Program-made: the position numbers and the translations under genes
The notes under the pieces: model-generated
Database searches by the model: none
What the model saw: the letters and a program-made list of their open reading frames with translations, nothing else
What the model was told of the DNA's origin: nothing
Shown: positions 10,064 through 19,514 of the stretch, piece after piece
Layout: each line of letters opens with the position of its first letter
How positions within the stretch are numbered: the stretch's first letter is position 1
Assembly (NCBI GenBank): GCA_035299085.1
Contig: DATGXG010000011.1
Location: 22,640 to 86,639 of the forward strand
From: Bacteroidales bacterium
GTDB taxonomy: Bacteria; Bacteroidota; Bacteroidia; Bacteroidales; UBA10428
DNA: 64,000 nt
Direction: 5' to 3'

Positions 10064-11122
10064 TCAGTTTGTTTGTTCAACTATCTTTTTTCGTAATGAA
10101 TTCCCGGTGAGTTTTTCATAAATGGCTATGTAATCCCTTACCATCCTTTCGGCTGAAAACCGTTCGATGAATTTTTTATAACAACCGGACCGGTCGATTG
10201 AGGATATTTTTTTAACGGCTTTTACAGCTTCCTCCATATCATTAACAATAAACCCTGTTATGCCCTCATCAATTACTTCAGGAACGCTACCGCAGTTGAA
10301 TGCAATAACAGGTGTACCGCATGCCATCGATTCAATCATTGCCAGACCAAAGGGCTCGGGCCAGTCAATCAGGTACAGTGATGCCAGCGAATTTCCCAGG
10401 ATAACATCTTTTTCCGCGTCATCGATTTCACCCAGGAATTCTACAAGTGGATCATCCAATTTTCTTCTTATTTCATTCTCAAAATATTCCTCATCGGCTT
10501 TATCCACTTTGGCCGCTATTTTAACCGGGATACCCGTCCTCCTGGCAAGGTCAATCACCCGGTCAACTCTTTTCTCGGGTGAGATCCTCCCGACAAAAGC
10601 CAGGTAGGGTTGCGGGATTTCATTAAAATGATACAGGTCAGAAGGCAGTCCGTGATAAACAGTTCCTGCCCAGTTTGAGAATAGAAGGGGCTTTCGTTGA
10701 TCATTAGAAATGGAAACAACCGGAATATTTTTGAATTCTTTATAAATACCCTGGAGCTCAGGTATATCAAGCCTGCCGTGCAAGGTGGTCAGGTACTTGT
10801 GCTGGGTTCGCTTCATTACCGGGTAATACAGGTAGTCTATATGAGAATGGATGATGTCAAATTCGTGGGCCATTTTTTCCACCATTTCGATCTCCGTAAA
10901 GTGATTTCCAAGTCCGTCAACTGTATCGGGATTGGTTCTTGACGCTTTTTTAATAACCGGGATCAACCGGGCAGAAGTCTTTGAATCAGCCGATGCGAAA
11001 AGAGTCACCTGATGTCCGTCTGCTACCAATTGTTCAGTAAGATAATGAACCACTCTTTCGGTTCCGCCGTATTGTGCCGGTGGCACACTTTCATACAGCG
11101 GTGAGACCTGCGCGATTTTCAT
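10064..11122 (-). CDS. Glycosyltransferase family 4
   Basis: VPPAQYGGTERVV, GRISPEK, WPEPFGLAMIESMACGTPV. Confidence 0.93.
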   Translation of the reverse strand: MKIAQVSPLYESVPPAQYGGTERVVHYLTEQLVADGHQVTLFASADSKTSARLIPVIKKASRTNPDTVDGLGNHFTEIEMVEKMAHEFDIIHSHIDYLYYPVMKRTQHKYLTTLHGRLDIPELQGIYKEFKNIPVVSISNDQRKPLLFSNWAGTVYHGLPSDLYHFNEIPQPYLAFVGRISPEKRVDRVIDLARRTGIPVKIAAKVDKADEEYFENEIRRKLDDPLVEFLGEIDDAEKDVILGNSLASLYLIDWPEPFGLAMIESMACGTPVIAFNCGSVPEVIDEGITGFIVNDMEEAVKAVKKISSIDRSGCYKKFIERFSAERMVRDYIAIYEKLTGNSLRKKIVEQTN

Positions 11123-11160
11123 ATAACGGTATTTTAACAGACAACAATTTTTGACCCCTG

Positions 11161-12144
11161 TTAGTTTAACAGGTTAAAAAGATAGCCCGCTATTATTGAC
11201 CCGGTAAGCCCGAAGGTCAGGAACAGAAAGAACACTTTTGGTTTCACAATTCCCCACACGGCAGCCATTGCCGGTAAAGTGGTTACGGGTCCGGCAATTA
11301 AAAAGGCAAGTGCGGCCCCCTGGTTCATGCCCAGGGTCAATAACCCGCTGACAATCGGAAGTGCGGATGCATTGCTTGTATAAAACGGAATTCCTACAAA
11401 TGTTGCGATCAATACGGAAATCGGACTGTCTGTGGCCATGTAACGGGTTATCAGGTCTTCAGGTAAATAAAATTTTATTAAAGCGTTCAGGAAGAATGCC
11501 AGGAGCATGAATTTTGATACCATGATAAAAGCCTTCATGCATTCATTCAATATTTTTATAAAGGTCGGCGTCACAGCTTCACTGCAGCCGCAAGGTTGTT
11601 CGGTCTTTGCTGCCATCTTTAAACCTGAAGTATGAATGAAATTATACTGTTTTACAGCCACAAGCACTGGTTTTAAAGCTGTTTGTGAGGACAGCTTTTG
11701 CTGACGAAGAATGCCTGTTCGTAAGAAACCTCTATTCCAGAGAAAATGAGTAATAAGTCCACCCGACAGGCTTATAAAAAAAGTTGAAGCCAGGCGCCAA
11801 ACCGACAATTTCCAGCCAATTGTTGCCACACTCAGGAAAAAAATCTCCGGATCCATCGATGGTGAGGCAATCCAGAAAGACATCACCGGTGCAAGCGGTA
11901 CGCCTCCGATAAGAAGGGATGCAATAACCGGTATCACGCCGCAGGAACAGAAAGGACTGAAGGCGCCGATTATTGTCGCCAGAAGAATGGCGACCAACGG
12001 TTTCTTACTTAGCGCACGGGTAATATACGCGGATGCGCCGGACAAATTTACAAAAGCGGCCAGTGGTACCGAAATCAGAAGGTAAGGCCAGATGTGAAGA
12101 AATGATTTTACTATAAAATCTGTAATCTGATAAATGTGTTCCAT
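11161..12144 (-). CDS. DUF318/ArsP-family permease (second copy)
   Basis: SPFCSCGVIP motif, two hydrophobic halves, GAALAFLIAGP. Confidence 0.85.
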   Translation of the reverse strand: MEHIYQITDFIVKSFLHIWPYLLISVPLAAFVNLSGASAYITRALSKKPLVAILLATIIGAFSPFCSCGVIPVIASLLIGGVPLAPVMSFWIASPSMDPEIFFLSVATIGWKLSVWRLASTFFISLSGGLITHFLWNRGFLRTGILRQQKLSSQTALKPVLVAVKQYNFIHTSGLKMAAKTEQPCGCSEAVTPTFIKILNECMKAFIMVSKFMLLAFFLNALIKFYLPEDLITRYMATDSPISVLIATFVGIPFYTSNASALPIVSGLLTLGMNQGAALAFLIAGPVTTLPAMAAVWGIVKPKVFFLFLTFGLTGSIIAGYLFNLLN

Positions 12145-12160
12145 GATGTTTTTTTCTCAT

Positions 12161-12187
12161 GGACGCAAAAGCGTTTAAACGGACTCA
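12161..12187 (-). promoter_or_regulatory. Candidate ECF-sigma promoter (TGAGTCC-N14-GCGTCC)
   Basis: CGTC-type -10 element 16 nt before the permease ATG, directly after the sigZ-like gene. Confidence 0.45.
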
Positions 12188-12202
12188 GATTTTCAGAAAA
12201 AA

Positions 12203-12766
12203 TTAGTTGTGATTACAACAGCAGCAGGCATTCGGACTGATATTCAGAACAGTTCCGTATTTGTCAAATTGATAATGGCAGCATTGCATGAGCATATCCC
12301 GGAGCATTTTCCTTGAACGCTGAACCCTTGTTTTCACAGAAGAGTAGGGGATTCCCGCCTGCCGTGCATACTCAGCCTGGCTCATCCCCCCGATTTCTGT
12401 CTTGCACAGGGCATCGCAATAATGCCCGGGAAGCTCATCCAGCATGCCGATCATGTCATTCACCGCCGTTTCCATAATCCTGAAATCGGGTTCATTTTCC
12501 ATTTGTTCATCTTCTTCATTATCGGAAACGGCAGACGCTTGTTTGTTTTTCCTGAAATGATCCGCAATCAGGTTGCGTGCAATCTGGTAAATCCATGATG
12601 TAAGTTTTTCATTATCCCTCAGGGTATCCACTTTTTCATGGATTCTTATAAAAACTTCCTGCAGGATATCCTCCGTCACATCCTTATCGTGAACCTTGCT
12701 GGAAATAAACGATCTGAGCCTGTCTGCGAATGTTGACCAGATTTGTCCCGTGCGTGTCAGATTCAT
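12203..12766 (-). CDS. sigZ: ECF sigma factor, SigZ-like, with Cys-rich C-terminus
   Basis: [16 protein letters not shown], region 4 [13 protein letters not shown]; tail [11 protein letters not shown]...[12 protein letters not shown] overlaps acr3 TGA. Confidence 0.85.
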   Translation of the reverse strand: MNLTRTGQIWSTFADRLRSFISSKVHDKDVTEDILQEVFIRIHEKVDTLRDNEKLTSWIYQIARNLIADHFRKNKQASAVSDNEEDEQMENEPDFRIMETAVNDMIGMLDELPGHYCDALCKTEIGGMSQAEYARQAGIPYSSVKTRVQRSRKMLRDMLMQCCHYQFDKYGTVLNISPNACCCCNHN

Positions 12767-13809
12767 GCCGTTTTCCAATATTTTCTTTTGAAGTTCAGTG
12801 CAACATTCACAAGCAAAACAAGGACCGGAACTTCAACAAGTGGTCCGATAACAGTTGCAAATGCAGCCTGTGAATTGATACCGAAAACGGCTATGGCAAC
12901 GGCAATAGCCAGTTCAAAATCGTTGCTTCCGGCTGTGAACGACATGGTGGCCGATTTTTCGTAATCAATACCCATACGCCGGGAAATAAAGAAAGTGCTG
13001 AAAAACATAAGCGCAAAATAAATCGTGTAGGGTATTGCCACCCTGATCACATCAACCGGCAGCTGAATGATTTTTTCTCCCTTGAGCGAAAACATAACAA
13101 AGATTGTAAACAGCAAAGCAATTGGAGTCAACCATGAAGCGGCCGGGATGAAACGACTGTAATACCATTTGTCTCCTTTCAGCCTCCGTAGTACCAGGTT
13201 GGTTATTAACCCGGCCAGAAAAGGAACGCCAAGATAAATCAATACGGTTCCGGCGATCTCTGATATGGAAACTTCAACCAGGGAACCTTTTAAACCAAAA
13301 ATAGGTGGAAGAACGGTAATGAAAACATAGGCATATACTGAATACAGGAACACCTGGAAAAGTGCATTGAAGGCCACCAGGCCGGCGGCAAGCTCGGAAT
13401 CACCTTTGGCCAGATCGTTCCATACCAGCACCATGGCTATACACCTTGCAAGTCCAACCAGGATTACCCCTGTCATAAGTCCCGGTTGGTTATGCAGGAA
13501 AACAATGGCAAGCACGAACATGATAAATGGCCCTGTGATCCAGTTTTGGACCAGAGATAAACCAAGCAGTCTCAGGTTTTTAAAAACAAGCGGCAGCTTT
13601 TCATATTTAACCTTGGCCAGCGGCGGGTACATCATCAGGATCAGTCCGATTGCTATTGGAATATTGGTAGTGCCGCTGCTTAAGGAATTCCATAAATCAG
13701 GAATGCCGGGAATGAAATACCCCGCCAGCACCCCGGCAAACATGACTATAAAAATCCAGAGTGTCAGATAACGGTCAAAAGAAGATAGTTTTTTTGTTGC
13801 TGGTTCCAT
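12763..13809 (-). CDS. acr3: Acr3 arsenite efflux transporter
   Basis: [43 protein letters not shown]; likely start at 13809. Confidence 0.96.
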   Translation of the reverse strand: MEPATKKLSSFDRYLTLWIFIVMFAGVLAGYFIPGIPDLWNSLSSGTTNIPIAIGLILMMYPPLAKVKYEKLPLVFKNLRLLGLSLVQNWITGPFIMFVLAIVFLHNQPGLMTGVILVGLARCIAMVLVWNDLAKGDSELAAGLVAFNALFQVFLYSVYAYVFITVLPPIFGLKGSLVEVSISEIAGTVLIYLGVPFLAGLITNLVLRRLKGDKWYYSRFIPAASWLTPIALLFTIFVMFSLKGEKIIQLPVDVIRVAIPYTIYFALMFFSTFFISRRMGIDYEKSATMSFTAGSNDFELAIAVAIAVFGINSQAAFATVIGPLVEVPVLVLLVNVALNFKRKYWKTA

Positions 13810-13816
13810 AGCCAAT

Positions 13817-14620
13817 TTATTTATGGGCAATGACGGTTATACTGAAAATTCCGGTTTTGCCTGATTTGAATTCCTGCAGTCCTTTTTCATCAAAATAAGA
13901 AGATAATATCTCATCGGGGATATCAATTCTTTTTACTTTTTTAACCTCGGTTTTTTCAAAACCTGCTTTCTGTATGATTTCAAGGTACCGGTCCTTTTGC
14001 ATGGCCCCTGCCACACATCCTGCGTACATGGCCGCATCATTTTTAAGAGATTCCGGTAACTCACCGGATAACACTACGTCGGATACACAAAAATGACCGT
14101 TCCTTTTCAGCACCCTGTAAATCTCCGAAAATGCTTTTGTTTTATCCGGAACCAGGTTGAGTACGCAATTGCTGATGACCACATCATAGGTATTATCGGG
14201 TAAAGGCATGGATTCAATATCGCCTTTTACAAACTCCACGTTGGAATAGTTAAGCTTTGAGGCATTGATGCGCGCTTTTTCAAGCATGGCATCGGTGAAA
14301 TCAAGTCCTGTAACTTTCCCGTTTTCTCCAACAAGTGCCCAGGCGACAAAGCAATCGTTCCCGGCGCCGGAACCAAGATCAAGAACAGAATCACCGGGAT
14401 TGATCCCGGCATGCTCTGTTGGCAGCCCGCATCCCAGTCCCAGGTCGGCATCAGGATTATATCCTTCAAGTGTGCTGTAATCGTCACTAAATATGGAATA
14501 GGCTGAATCACTGCAGCCACAGGTGCTGCCGCAGCAACTCGACTGATTCAGCAGTTTATCCTGTCCTGCTATTTCACTATATTTTTTCTGTATGAAGAGT
14601 TTTAAATCTTCCGCCTTCAT
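13817..14620 (-). CDS. arsM: Arsenite S-adenosylmethionine methyltransferase
   Basis: [35 protein letters not shown] conserved Cys motifs. Confidence 0.93.
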   Translation of the reverse strand: MKAEDLKLFIQKKYSEIAGQDKLLNQSSCCGSTCGCSDSAYSIFSDDYSTLEGYNPDADLGLGCGLPTEHAGINPGDSVLDLGSGAGNDCFVAWALVGENGKVTGLDFTDAMLEKARINASKLNYSNVEFVKGDIESMPLPDNTYDVVISNCVLNLVPDKTKAFSEIYRVLKRNGHFCVSDVVLSGELPESLKNDAAMYAGCVAGAMQKDRYLEIIQKAGFEKTEVKKVKRIDIPDEILSSYFDEKGLQEFKSGKTGIFSITVIAHK

Positions 14621-15042
14621 AACAAGGGTTTTAATTGTTCCTTATAAAAATCAAAAAATGTATTCTTAATGGCATCCCTGATCCGGATGAATTCCCTTCG
14701 GATATGCTCCCGATCACCGGTTGCTTTTGAGGGGTCCTCAAAGCCAAGGTGCAAACGGTGTTTTACCTTTCCCAAAAAAACGGGGCAGGTTTCGTTGGCA
14801 TGATCACAAACAGTAATGACGTAGTCCCATGCTTCGTGTAAATACTTGTTTACATTTTCAGGTAAATGGGAGCTGATGTCAATGCCGGCTTCTTTCATCA
14901 CTTTTACTGCATCGGAATTGATTTTTGATGCAGGTTCGGTACCGGCAGAACGAACGGTGAGCCGCGGGTCAAACGACTGCAGGAAACCATGAGCCATCTG
15001 GCTGCGGCAGGAGTTACCGGTACAAAGGATCAGGATTTTCAT
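14617..15042 (-). CDS. arsC: Thioredoxin-type arsenate reductase (LMW-PTP fold)
   Basis: CTGNSCRSQMA P-loop, VITVCD...ETCP. Confidence 0.93.
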   Translation of the reverse strand: MKILILCTGNSCRSQMAHGFLQSFDPRLTVRSAGTEPASKINSDAVKVMKEAGIDISSHLPENVNKYLHEAWDYVITVCDHANETCPVFLGKVKHRLHLGFEDPSKATGDREHIRREFIRIRDAIKNTFFDFYKEQLKPLL

Positions 15043-15812
15043 GGCTTTATTTTTTCATAGATGGCGGATAATTTTGAATCATAGTATGATTTAATCGGCT
15101 CTTCATATTCAGCAAGAGGTTTTACCGGAACAAGATCCATTACCTCTGCAGGTGTTAAACCTGAATTAAATAACGTGGCTGCACTTCCTTTCAGCATTTC
15201 GCTAATGGTTTGATTTGCCTCGGTTTCTTCCATCCCGAATTTCAGAGCCAGTCTTTTCAGTTCCTGTATCTGAAACCAGAAATAAGTGGATCCCATAGCG
15301 CTTATGAGGGCATATGCTTCGATCTTATCTTCGCTTACAACCGGAACCTGTCCCAGGTTACCCAGCAATTCAAGGGTTTGCTTTCTGGCTTTTTCATTCA
15401 TGCCCGGGCCGAAGGCAACCGGATTGATGCCGTCATTTATATAAGAGGTTGCACTGGGATTTACTCTTGCAATCGTTGAGAAACCGCCCAGTATTTCAGT
15501 CATTTTGGCAATGGTAACCTTGGGTGCAAGTGATATAAGTATGGTTTCAGGCTTGAGTGATGGTTTTATCTTCTGTAGGGTTTCTGCCATTACCGGTGGA
15601 TGAACAGCAAGGAAAAGAACATCCGGTGTGAAAGCCGGGTAAAGCGATTCATGAGATATTTCGATATCAGTGAAGCAGTTTTTCAGTTTTCCAAGAGTTT
15701 CTTCAACCGGATCATATACAAAGATCCTTTCAAATTTCAGGTTTTTATTGGCAAAAGCCTGGAGGATAATTTTGGTTATTCTTCCTCCCCCGATGAATGC
15801 GATGGTTTTCAT
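15039..15812 (-). CDS. Pyrroline-5-carboxylate-reductase-like NAD(P)-binding protein
   Basis: FIGGGRIT Rossmann motif, ISLAP, ARVNP, AMGSTYFW; divergent from canonical ProC. Confidence 0.75.
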   Translation of the reverse strand: MKTIAFIGGGRITKIILQAFANKNLKFERIFVYDPVEETLGKLKNCFTDIEISHESLYPAFTPDVLFLAVHPPVMAETLQKIKPSLKPETILISLAPKVTIAKMTEILGGFSTIARVNPSATSYINDGINPVAFGPGMNEKARKQTLELLGNLGQVPVVSEDKIEAYALISAMGSTYFWFQIQELKRLALKFGMEETEANQTISEMLKGSAATLFNSGLTPAEVMDLVPVKPLAEYEEPIKSYYDSKLSAIYEKIKP

Positions 15813-15831
15813 GGATAGTTGTTTTTAGTTT

Positions 15832-16866
15832 TCAGAATATAAAATTGAACAGGAATCCGACGATCATGATGCCTGTGGCCACAATGCCGGCAAATGCCAG
15901 GATCATCGGAAGTTTAAGTACTTTCCGGAGAATGATCATTTCAGGTAACGATAGACCTATAACCGCCATCATAAAGGCCAGGGACGTGCCCAATGAAGCG
16001 CCTTTTTCTATCAGCGCGGAAACAATGGGTACAATACCGGCAGCGTTGGAATAAAGAGGAACACCGATGAGCACTGATAAAGGGACGCTGTACCAAGCTG
16101 ATTTACCCATGACCGAGGCCATAAAGTTATCGGGAACATAACCATGCACGGCGGACCCGACAGCAATTCCCAATATTACATAGAGCCAGACTTTACCGAC
16201 TATTTCCTTCACCGCTTCCATGCCGGTTTTGATGCGTTGAGTAAAAGTAAGTCGTTCTTCTTCCAAACCAGTGTTGCCCATTTGTGCCTTATAGACCCAG
16301 TCTTCAACCCAATGCTCGAGTTTGAGTTTGCCAATGATCCATCCGGCGGTAATGGCTATAACCAGTCCCGTTACCACGTAAATTAGTGCCGTTTGCCAGC
16401 CAAAAAGTCCGAAAAGAAGCACAACGGCCACTTCATTGATCATGGGAGCTGCAATAAGGAAAGAGAATGTAACGCCAAGCGGAACACCTGATTCTACAAA
16501 TCCCAGGAACAGGGGTATTGCGGAGCACGAGCAAAAGGGGGTAACTATGCCCAGTGAAGCCGCCATAACATTACCGGTAAACATTCTTTTACCACCCAGT
16601 ACGCGGCGCGTTTGTTCAGGTGAGAAATAAGTCCGGACAATTCCCATTATAAAAATGATCAGTGTCAGAAGCAACAGAACTTTTGGCACTTCAAAAACGA
16701 AAAAGCGCAACGATTCAGTGAAATTTCCTCCCTGTGTCAACCCGGGAAGAACATCGATAAAACGGTTTGTCAGAAAGGGGAGATAATGGTACAGGGCGAA
16801 CCAGGCAGGGAGCAGAAGGATCAGGATGGAAATCTTGAACTTTTCGTTATGAACAAACGCACTCAT
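15832..16866 (-). CDS. arsP: DUF318 permease, ArsP type
   Basis: TPFCSCSAIPLF, SFLIAAPMINE, GVPLYSNAAG, LSLPEMIIL; real start MSAFV at 16866. Confidence 0.82.
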   Translation of the reverse strand: MSAFVHNEKFKISILILLLPAWFALYHYLPFLTNRFIDVLPGLTQGGNFTESLRFFVFEVPKVLLLLTLIIFIMGIVRTYFSPEQTRRVLGGKRMFTGNVMAASLGIVTPFCSCSAIPLFLGFVESGVPLGVTFSFLIAAPMINEVAVVLLFGLFGWQTALIYVVTGLVIAITAGWIIGKLKLEHWVEDWVYKAQMGNTGLEEERLTFTQRIKTGMEAVKEIVGKVWLYVILGIAVGSAVHGYVPDNFMASVMGKSAWYSVPLSVLIGVPLYSNAAGIVPIVSALIEKGASLGTSLAFMMAVIGLSLPEMIILRKVLKLPMILAFAGIVATGIMIVGFLFNFIF

Positions 16867-16868
16867 AA

Positions 16869-17576
16869 TTATTTTATATAGTAGATGAAAACATAGTAAA
16901 ATCCGGCCGCAATAAATGTGATTGCCACGATACGTCTTATCCAGGTTTCGAAAAACTTTATACGGTTGTAAAAAGTACCAATTTCCGATAAGCTGTAAGC
17001 TATAAGCCATGAAACCAGGATAACAGGCAAGCCGGTCGCCAGGGCGTAAACAGCAGGCAGGTACAAACCCGATGCACTGCTGATCGACATGGGAATGAGT
17101 ATACCAAAATAAAGCACCCCGCTATATGGGCAAAAGGCGAGGGCGAATGCAAGTCCAAGAAAAAAAGCACCCGCAAAAGTTCCTTTTTTATTTACATTTA
17201 TTTTGTCATTCAGCAGTGAAAGCTTCGGAAACCTTAGTTTAATGATATCCAGCATAAAAATACCGATAAGGATCAACAGGAAACCAAGGATTTTCTCTCC
17301 CCAGCCATGAAATATTTTAGCAACCTGGAATTTACTGGCCCCGGCAAAAAGGATAAGGCCCAGGACAGAATAACTTACTGCCCTTCCCAATGTATAGAAC
17401 AGCCCGCTCAGAAAGACTTTTTTCTTCTGATCAATTTCCCTGCTTATGTAGCCAATTGCTGTGATGTTGGTGGCAAGCGGACATGGGCTTATTGCCGTCA
17501 TAAGACCGAGAATGGCTGACGATAAAAAGGGCATTGTTGAGTTTTCAAGAAGCCGGTGCAGAAATTCCATGTACAT
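16869..17576 (-). CDS. arsG: ArsG-family / CcdA(DsbD)-like membrane protein
   Basis: TAISPCPLATNI and ALAFCPYSG paired Cys-Pro motifs, about 6 TM; next to arsF-like gene. Confidence 0.8.
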   Translation of the reverse strand: MYMEFLHRLLENSTMPFLSSAILGLMTAISPCPLATNITAIGYISREIDQKKKVFLSGLFYTLGRAVSYSVLGLILFAGASKFQVAKIFHGWGEKILGFLLILIGIFMLDIIKLRFPKLSLLNDKINVNKKGTFAGAFFLGLAFALAFCPYSGVLYFGILIPMSISSASGLYLPAVYALATGLPVILVSWLIAYSLSEIGTFYNRIKFFETWIRRIVAITFIAAGFYYVFIYYIK

Positions 17577-17581
17577 AATAA

Positions 17582-17974
17582 CTACTTGAGTAAAGGCTCT
17601 ATGGCTGCTGTCAGGTAAGGCTTAAGTGCCTCGGGATTTTCACCATAGGCAAAGGCCTGTTCCGTCAGGTCCACTTTGCCTTTATCATTACCGACAGGTA
17701 CAATAAGCAGTGTATTCCAGGCTACCTGGTATTTTTCGGCAAGAGCTTTATTTTTATCTTCTTCAATATTGATACTTTGGAATTTAATGATTCCTTTCTC
17801 CTGCTGAACCTTGTATACGGAATTCAGGACAGCCACCGTGGCCTTTTCCGCATTGATGCAGCCACTGCACCTGTGAGTGCCATGAAAAAAGTATACGGAT
17901 ATGGTGGGTTGCTGGGAAAATCCCGTTGAAGAAAGGGCCATTAACAGAATTGTAAGCAGACAGAGTTTTTTCAT
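17582..17974 (-). CDS. arsF: ArsF-family exported thioredoxin-fold protein
   Basis: Signal peptide; YFFHGTHRCSGC motif. Confidence 0.78.
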   Translation of the reverse strand: MKKLCLLTILLMALSSTGFSQQPTISVYFFHGTHRCSGCINAEKATVAVLNSVYKVQQEKGIIKFQSINIEEDKNKALAEKYQVAWNTLLIVPVGNDKGKVDLTEQAFAYGENPEALKPYLTAAIEPLLK

Positions 17975-17996
17975 GATATGAAAGTTTTAATATGAT

Positions 17997-18290
17997 TTAT
18001 TTCTCAAGAAATTCACCGAAGCTTTTCTTGGCTAATTCCCAGTTGTCTTTATTGATACAATATTTTATAAAGGGCGGGTGAATATAGCCTTGGATTAACC
18101 CGGCATATTTCAGTTCCTTCAGATGCTGTGAAAGAGTTGAGCGGGCAATGGGCAGGTTTTCAAAAAATTCACTGCTTGTGCAGCATCCGTTCAGGCATGA
18201 CAATTCGCGCATAATATACACACGTGCCGGGTGACTTAAAGCCTTGGCAAACTTTGCAATCAGGACGTCTTTTTCAGAAAATTCAGGCAT
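17997..18290 (-). CDS. arsR: ArsR/SmtB metalloregulator
   Basis: AKALSHPAR, CLNGCC, ARSTLSQHLKELK HTH, YCI. Confidence 0.92.
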   Translation of the reverse strand: MPEFSEKDVLIAKFAKALSHPARVYIMRELSCLNGCCTSSEFFENLPIARSTLSQHLKELKYAGLIQGYIHPPFIKYCINKDNWELAKKSFGEFLEK

Positions 18291-18291
18291 A

Positions 18292-18540
18292 TTAACCCAG
18301 GTTTTTTTGAATGATTTCTTTTAATTCGGACACAGCAGGTACTCTGCCATACAGAGCCACCTTTTCGTTTATAATCAGGGCCGGAGTTCTCATCACGCCA
18401 TACGACATGATCTTCTGAATATCTTCCACTTTTTCAATGTCTGCTGCTATATCCATTTCAGCAAGCGCATTGCGGGTTTGCCTTTCAAGGTTTTTACAGT
18501 TGGCGCAACCCATTCCCAATACTTTAATTGAAATACTCAT
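18292..18540 (-). CDS. Small thioredoxin-like redox disulfide protein (MTH895/ArsE-like)
   Basis: IKVLGMGCANC, YGVMRTPALIINE; real start MSISIK at 18540. Confidence 0.88.
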   Translation of the reverse strand: MSISIKVLGMGCANCKNLERQTRNALAEMDIAADIEKVEDIQKIMSYGVMRTPALIINEKVALYGRVPAVSELKEIIQKNLG

Positions 18541-18553
18541 TTTGTAAGTTTTG

Positions 18554-18592
18554 CATTTCGCGAATATACGAAATGAAATCATAAACACAAAT
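18554..18592 (-). promoter_or_regulatory. ars promoter (TTTG-N19-TATATTCG) overlapped by palindrome CATTTCG-N8-CGAAATG (probable ArsR operator)
   Basis: Bacteroidota -33/-7 spacing; perfect 7-bp inverted repeat at 18554-18575. Confidence 0.7.
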
Positions 18593-18605
18593 GATTTTTT
18601 AAGTT

Positions 18606-18912
18606 TCCCCGGGTCGGACCAGTGTTTCTCGGGGTCGGACCAGAATAAGTTTCTCGGGGTTTTCTCGGGGTCGGACCAGAGTAAGTTATTGATAAACAAA
18701 AAAATAAACCTGTTTTTTAGCCTTATTTAGGCCTTAGAGGTCCATTTTCAGGCCTGTTTTCGGGGCTCTAAGAAAAATAGGTTATCCTCTAAAAGGATTA
18801 AATTCCTTAGAAGGCCTTTTTTAATGCCAAAAATGATGCTCTAAGAGTAAAATAGAGCGTTTTTTACGGATCAATATACAATTAATCAAATAGTTAGTCT
18901 GGTCCGACCTCG
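18606..18912. mobile_element. MITE-like non-coding element (core 18666-18912) with reiterated left end
   Basis: Terminal inverted repeats match 25/31 (CGGGGTCGGACCAGAGTAAG.. vs CGAGGTCGGACCAGACTAAC..); extra GGGTCGGACCAG copies at 18611 and 18632. Confidence 0.6.
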
Positions 18913-18918
18913 GATTAT

Positions 18919-19443
18919 TCAAAAAATCGTTTTCTTCCGGTAAGCCGGATAGCCGGGGAATCTTTCAATCAGTTCCTTTTCTTCAAGGTATCGCCAGAAA
19001 AGAACATTGGCAATAAAGGGAACAGCCAGGTAGGTAGCAATTATACTTCCTGAAAACAAGGGCATGCCTGTAATCCACAGGATAAATCCAAGATACATGG
19101 GATGCCTGAAAATGGAATAAACACCGTAGGAAACCAGGTCGCCTTCATAGGTTTCAAGAGATTTGATCGTAAACAGGGCTGTAAGGAAAAGCACTACTCC
19201 GGAGCCTGACAGGAAGAAACCGATATACCTGTAAATATTTGGTATTTCTTTTCTGAACGGGTCCATTTCACCCACGGCAAACCAGGATACCCATAATAGC
19301 ATCATGTTGGTGAAAATGATCAGGAAAGAAAGCTTGTTGGGTTTAATCGTCTTCCGGTGTTTCAGGATTTCATAAATCGTGCGGACAATATGTGTCAATA
19401 CACATAAAAGAATCAACGCATAAAAAAGCAGGTGATTTTTCAT
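18919..19443 (-). CDS. Isoprenylcysteine carboxyl methyltransferase / PEMT-family membrane protein
   Basis: GVYSIFRHPMYLG and EEKELIERFPGYPAY motifs. Confidence 0.85.
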   Translation of the reverse strand: MKNHLLFYALILLCVLTHIVRTIYEILKHRKTIKPNKLSFLIIFTNMMLLWVSWFAVGEMDPFRKEIPNIYRYIGFFLSGSGVVLFLTALFTIKSLETYEGDLVSYGVYSIFRHPMYLGFILWITGMPLFSGSIIATYLAVPFIANVLFWRYLEEKELIERFPGYPAYRKKTIF

Positions 19444-19514
19444 GGCAGGTTAGTTTTGGTGGGACTAATATACTAATTTTCAGGATTGCACCAGAATCTG
19501 AATACTATCCGCTG

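Noticed and set aside
18541..18699. N-terminal extension of the thioredoxin ORF (WSDPEK repeats)
   Set aside because: Translation of the repeat element and promoter; the real start is 18540
18606..18700. GGGGTCGGACCAG repeats as a CRISPR array
   Set aside because: Units are short and unevenly spaced, there are no unique spacers of about 30 nt, and no cas genes
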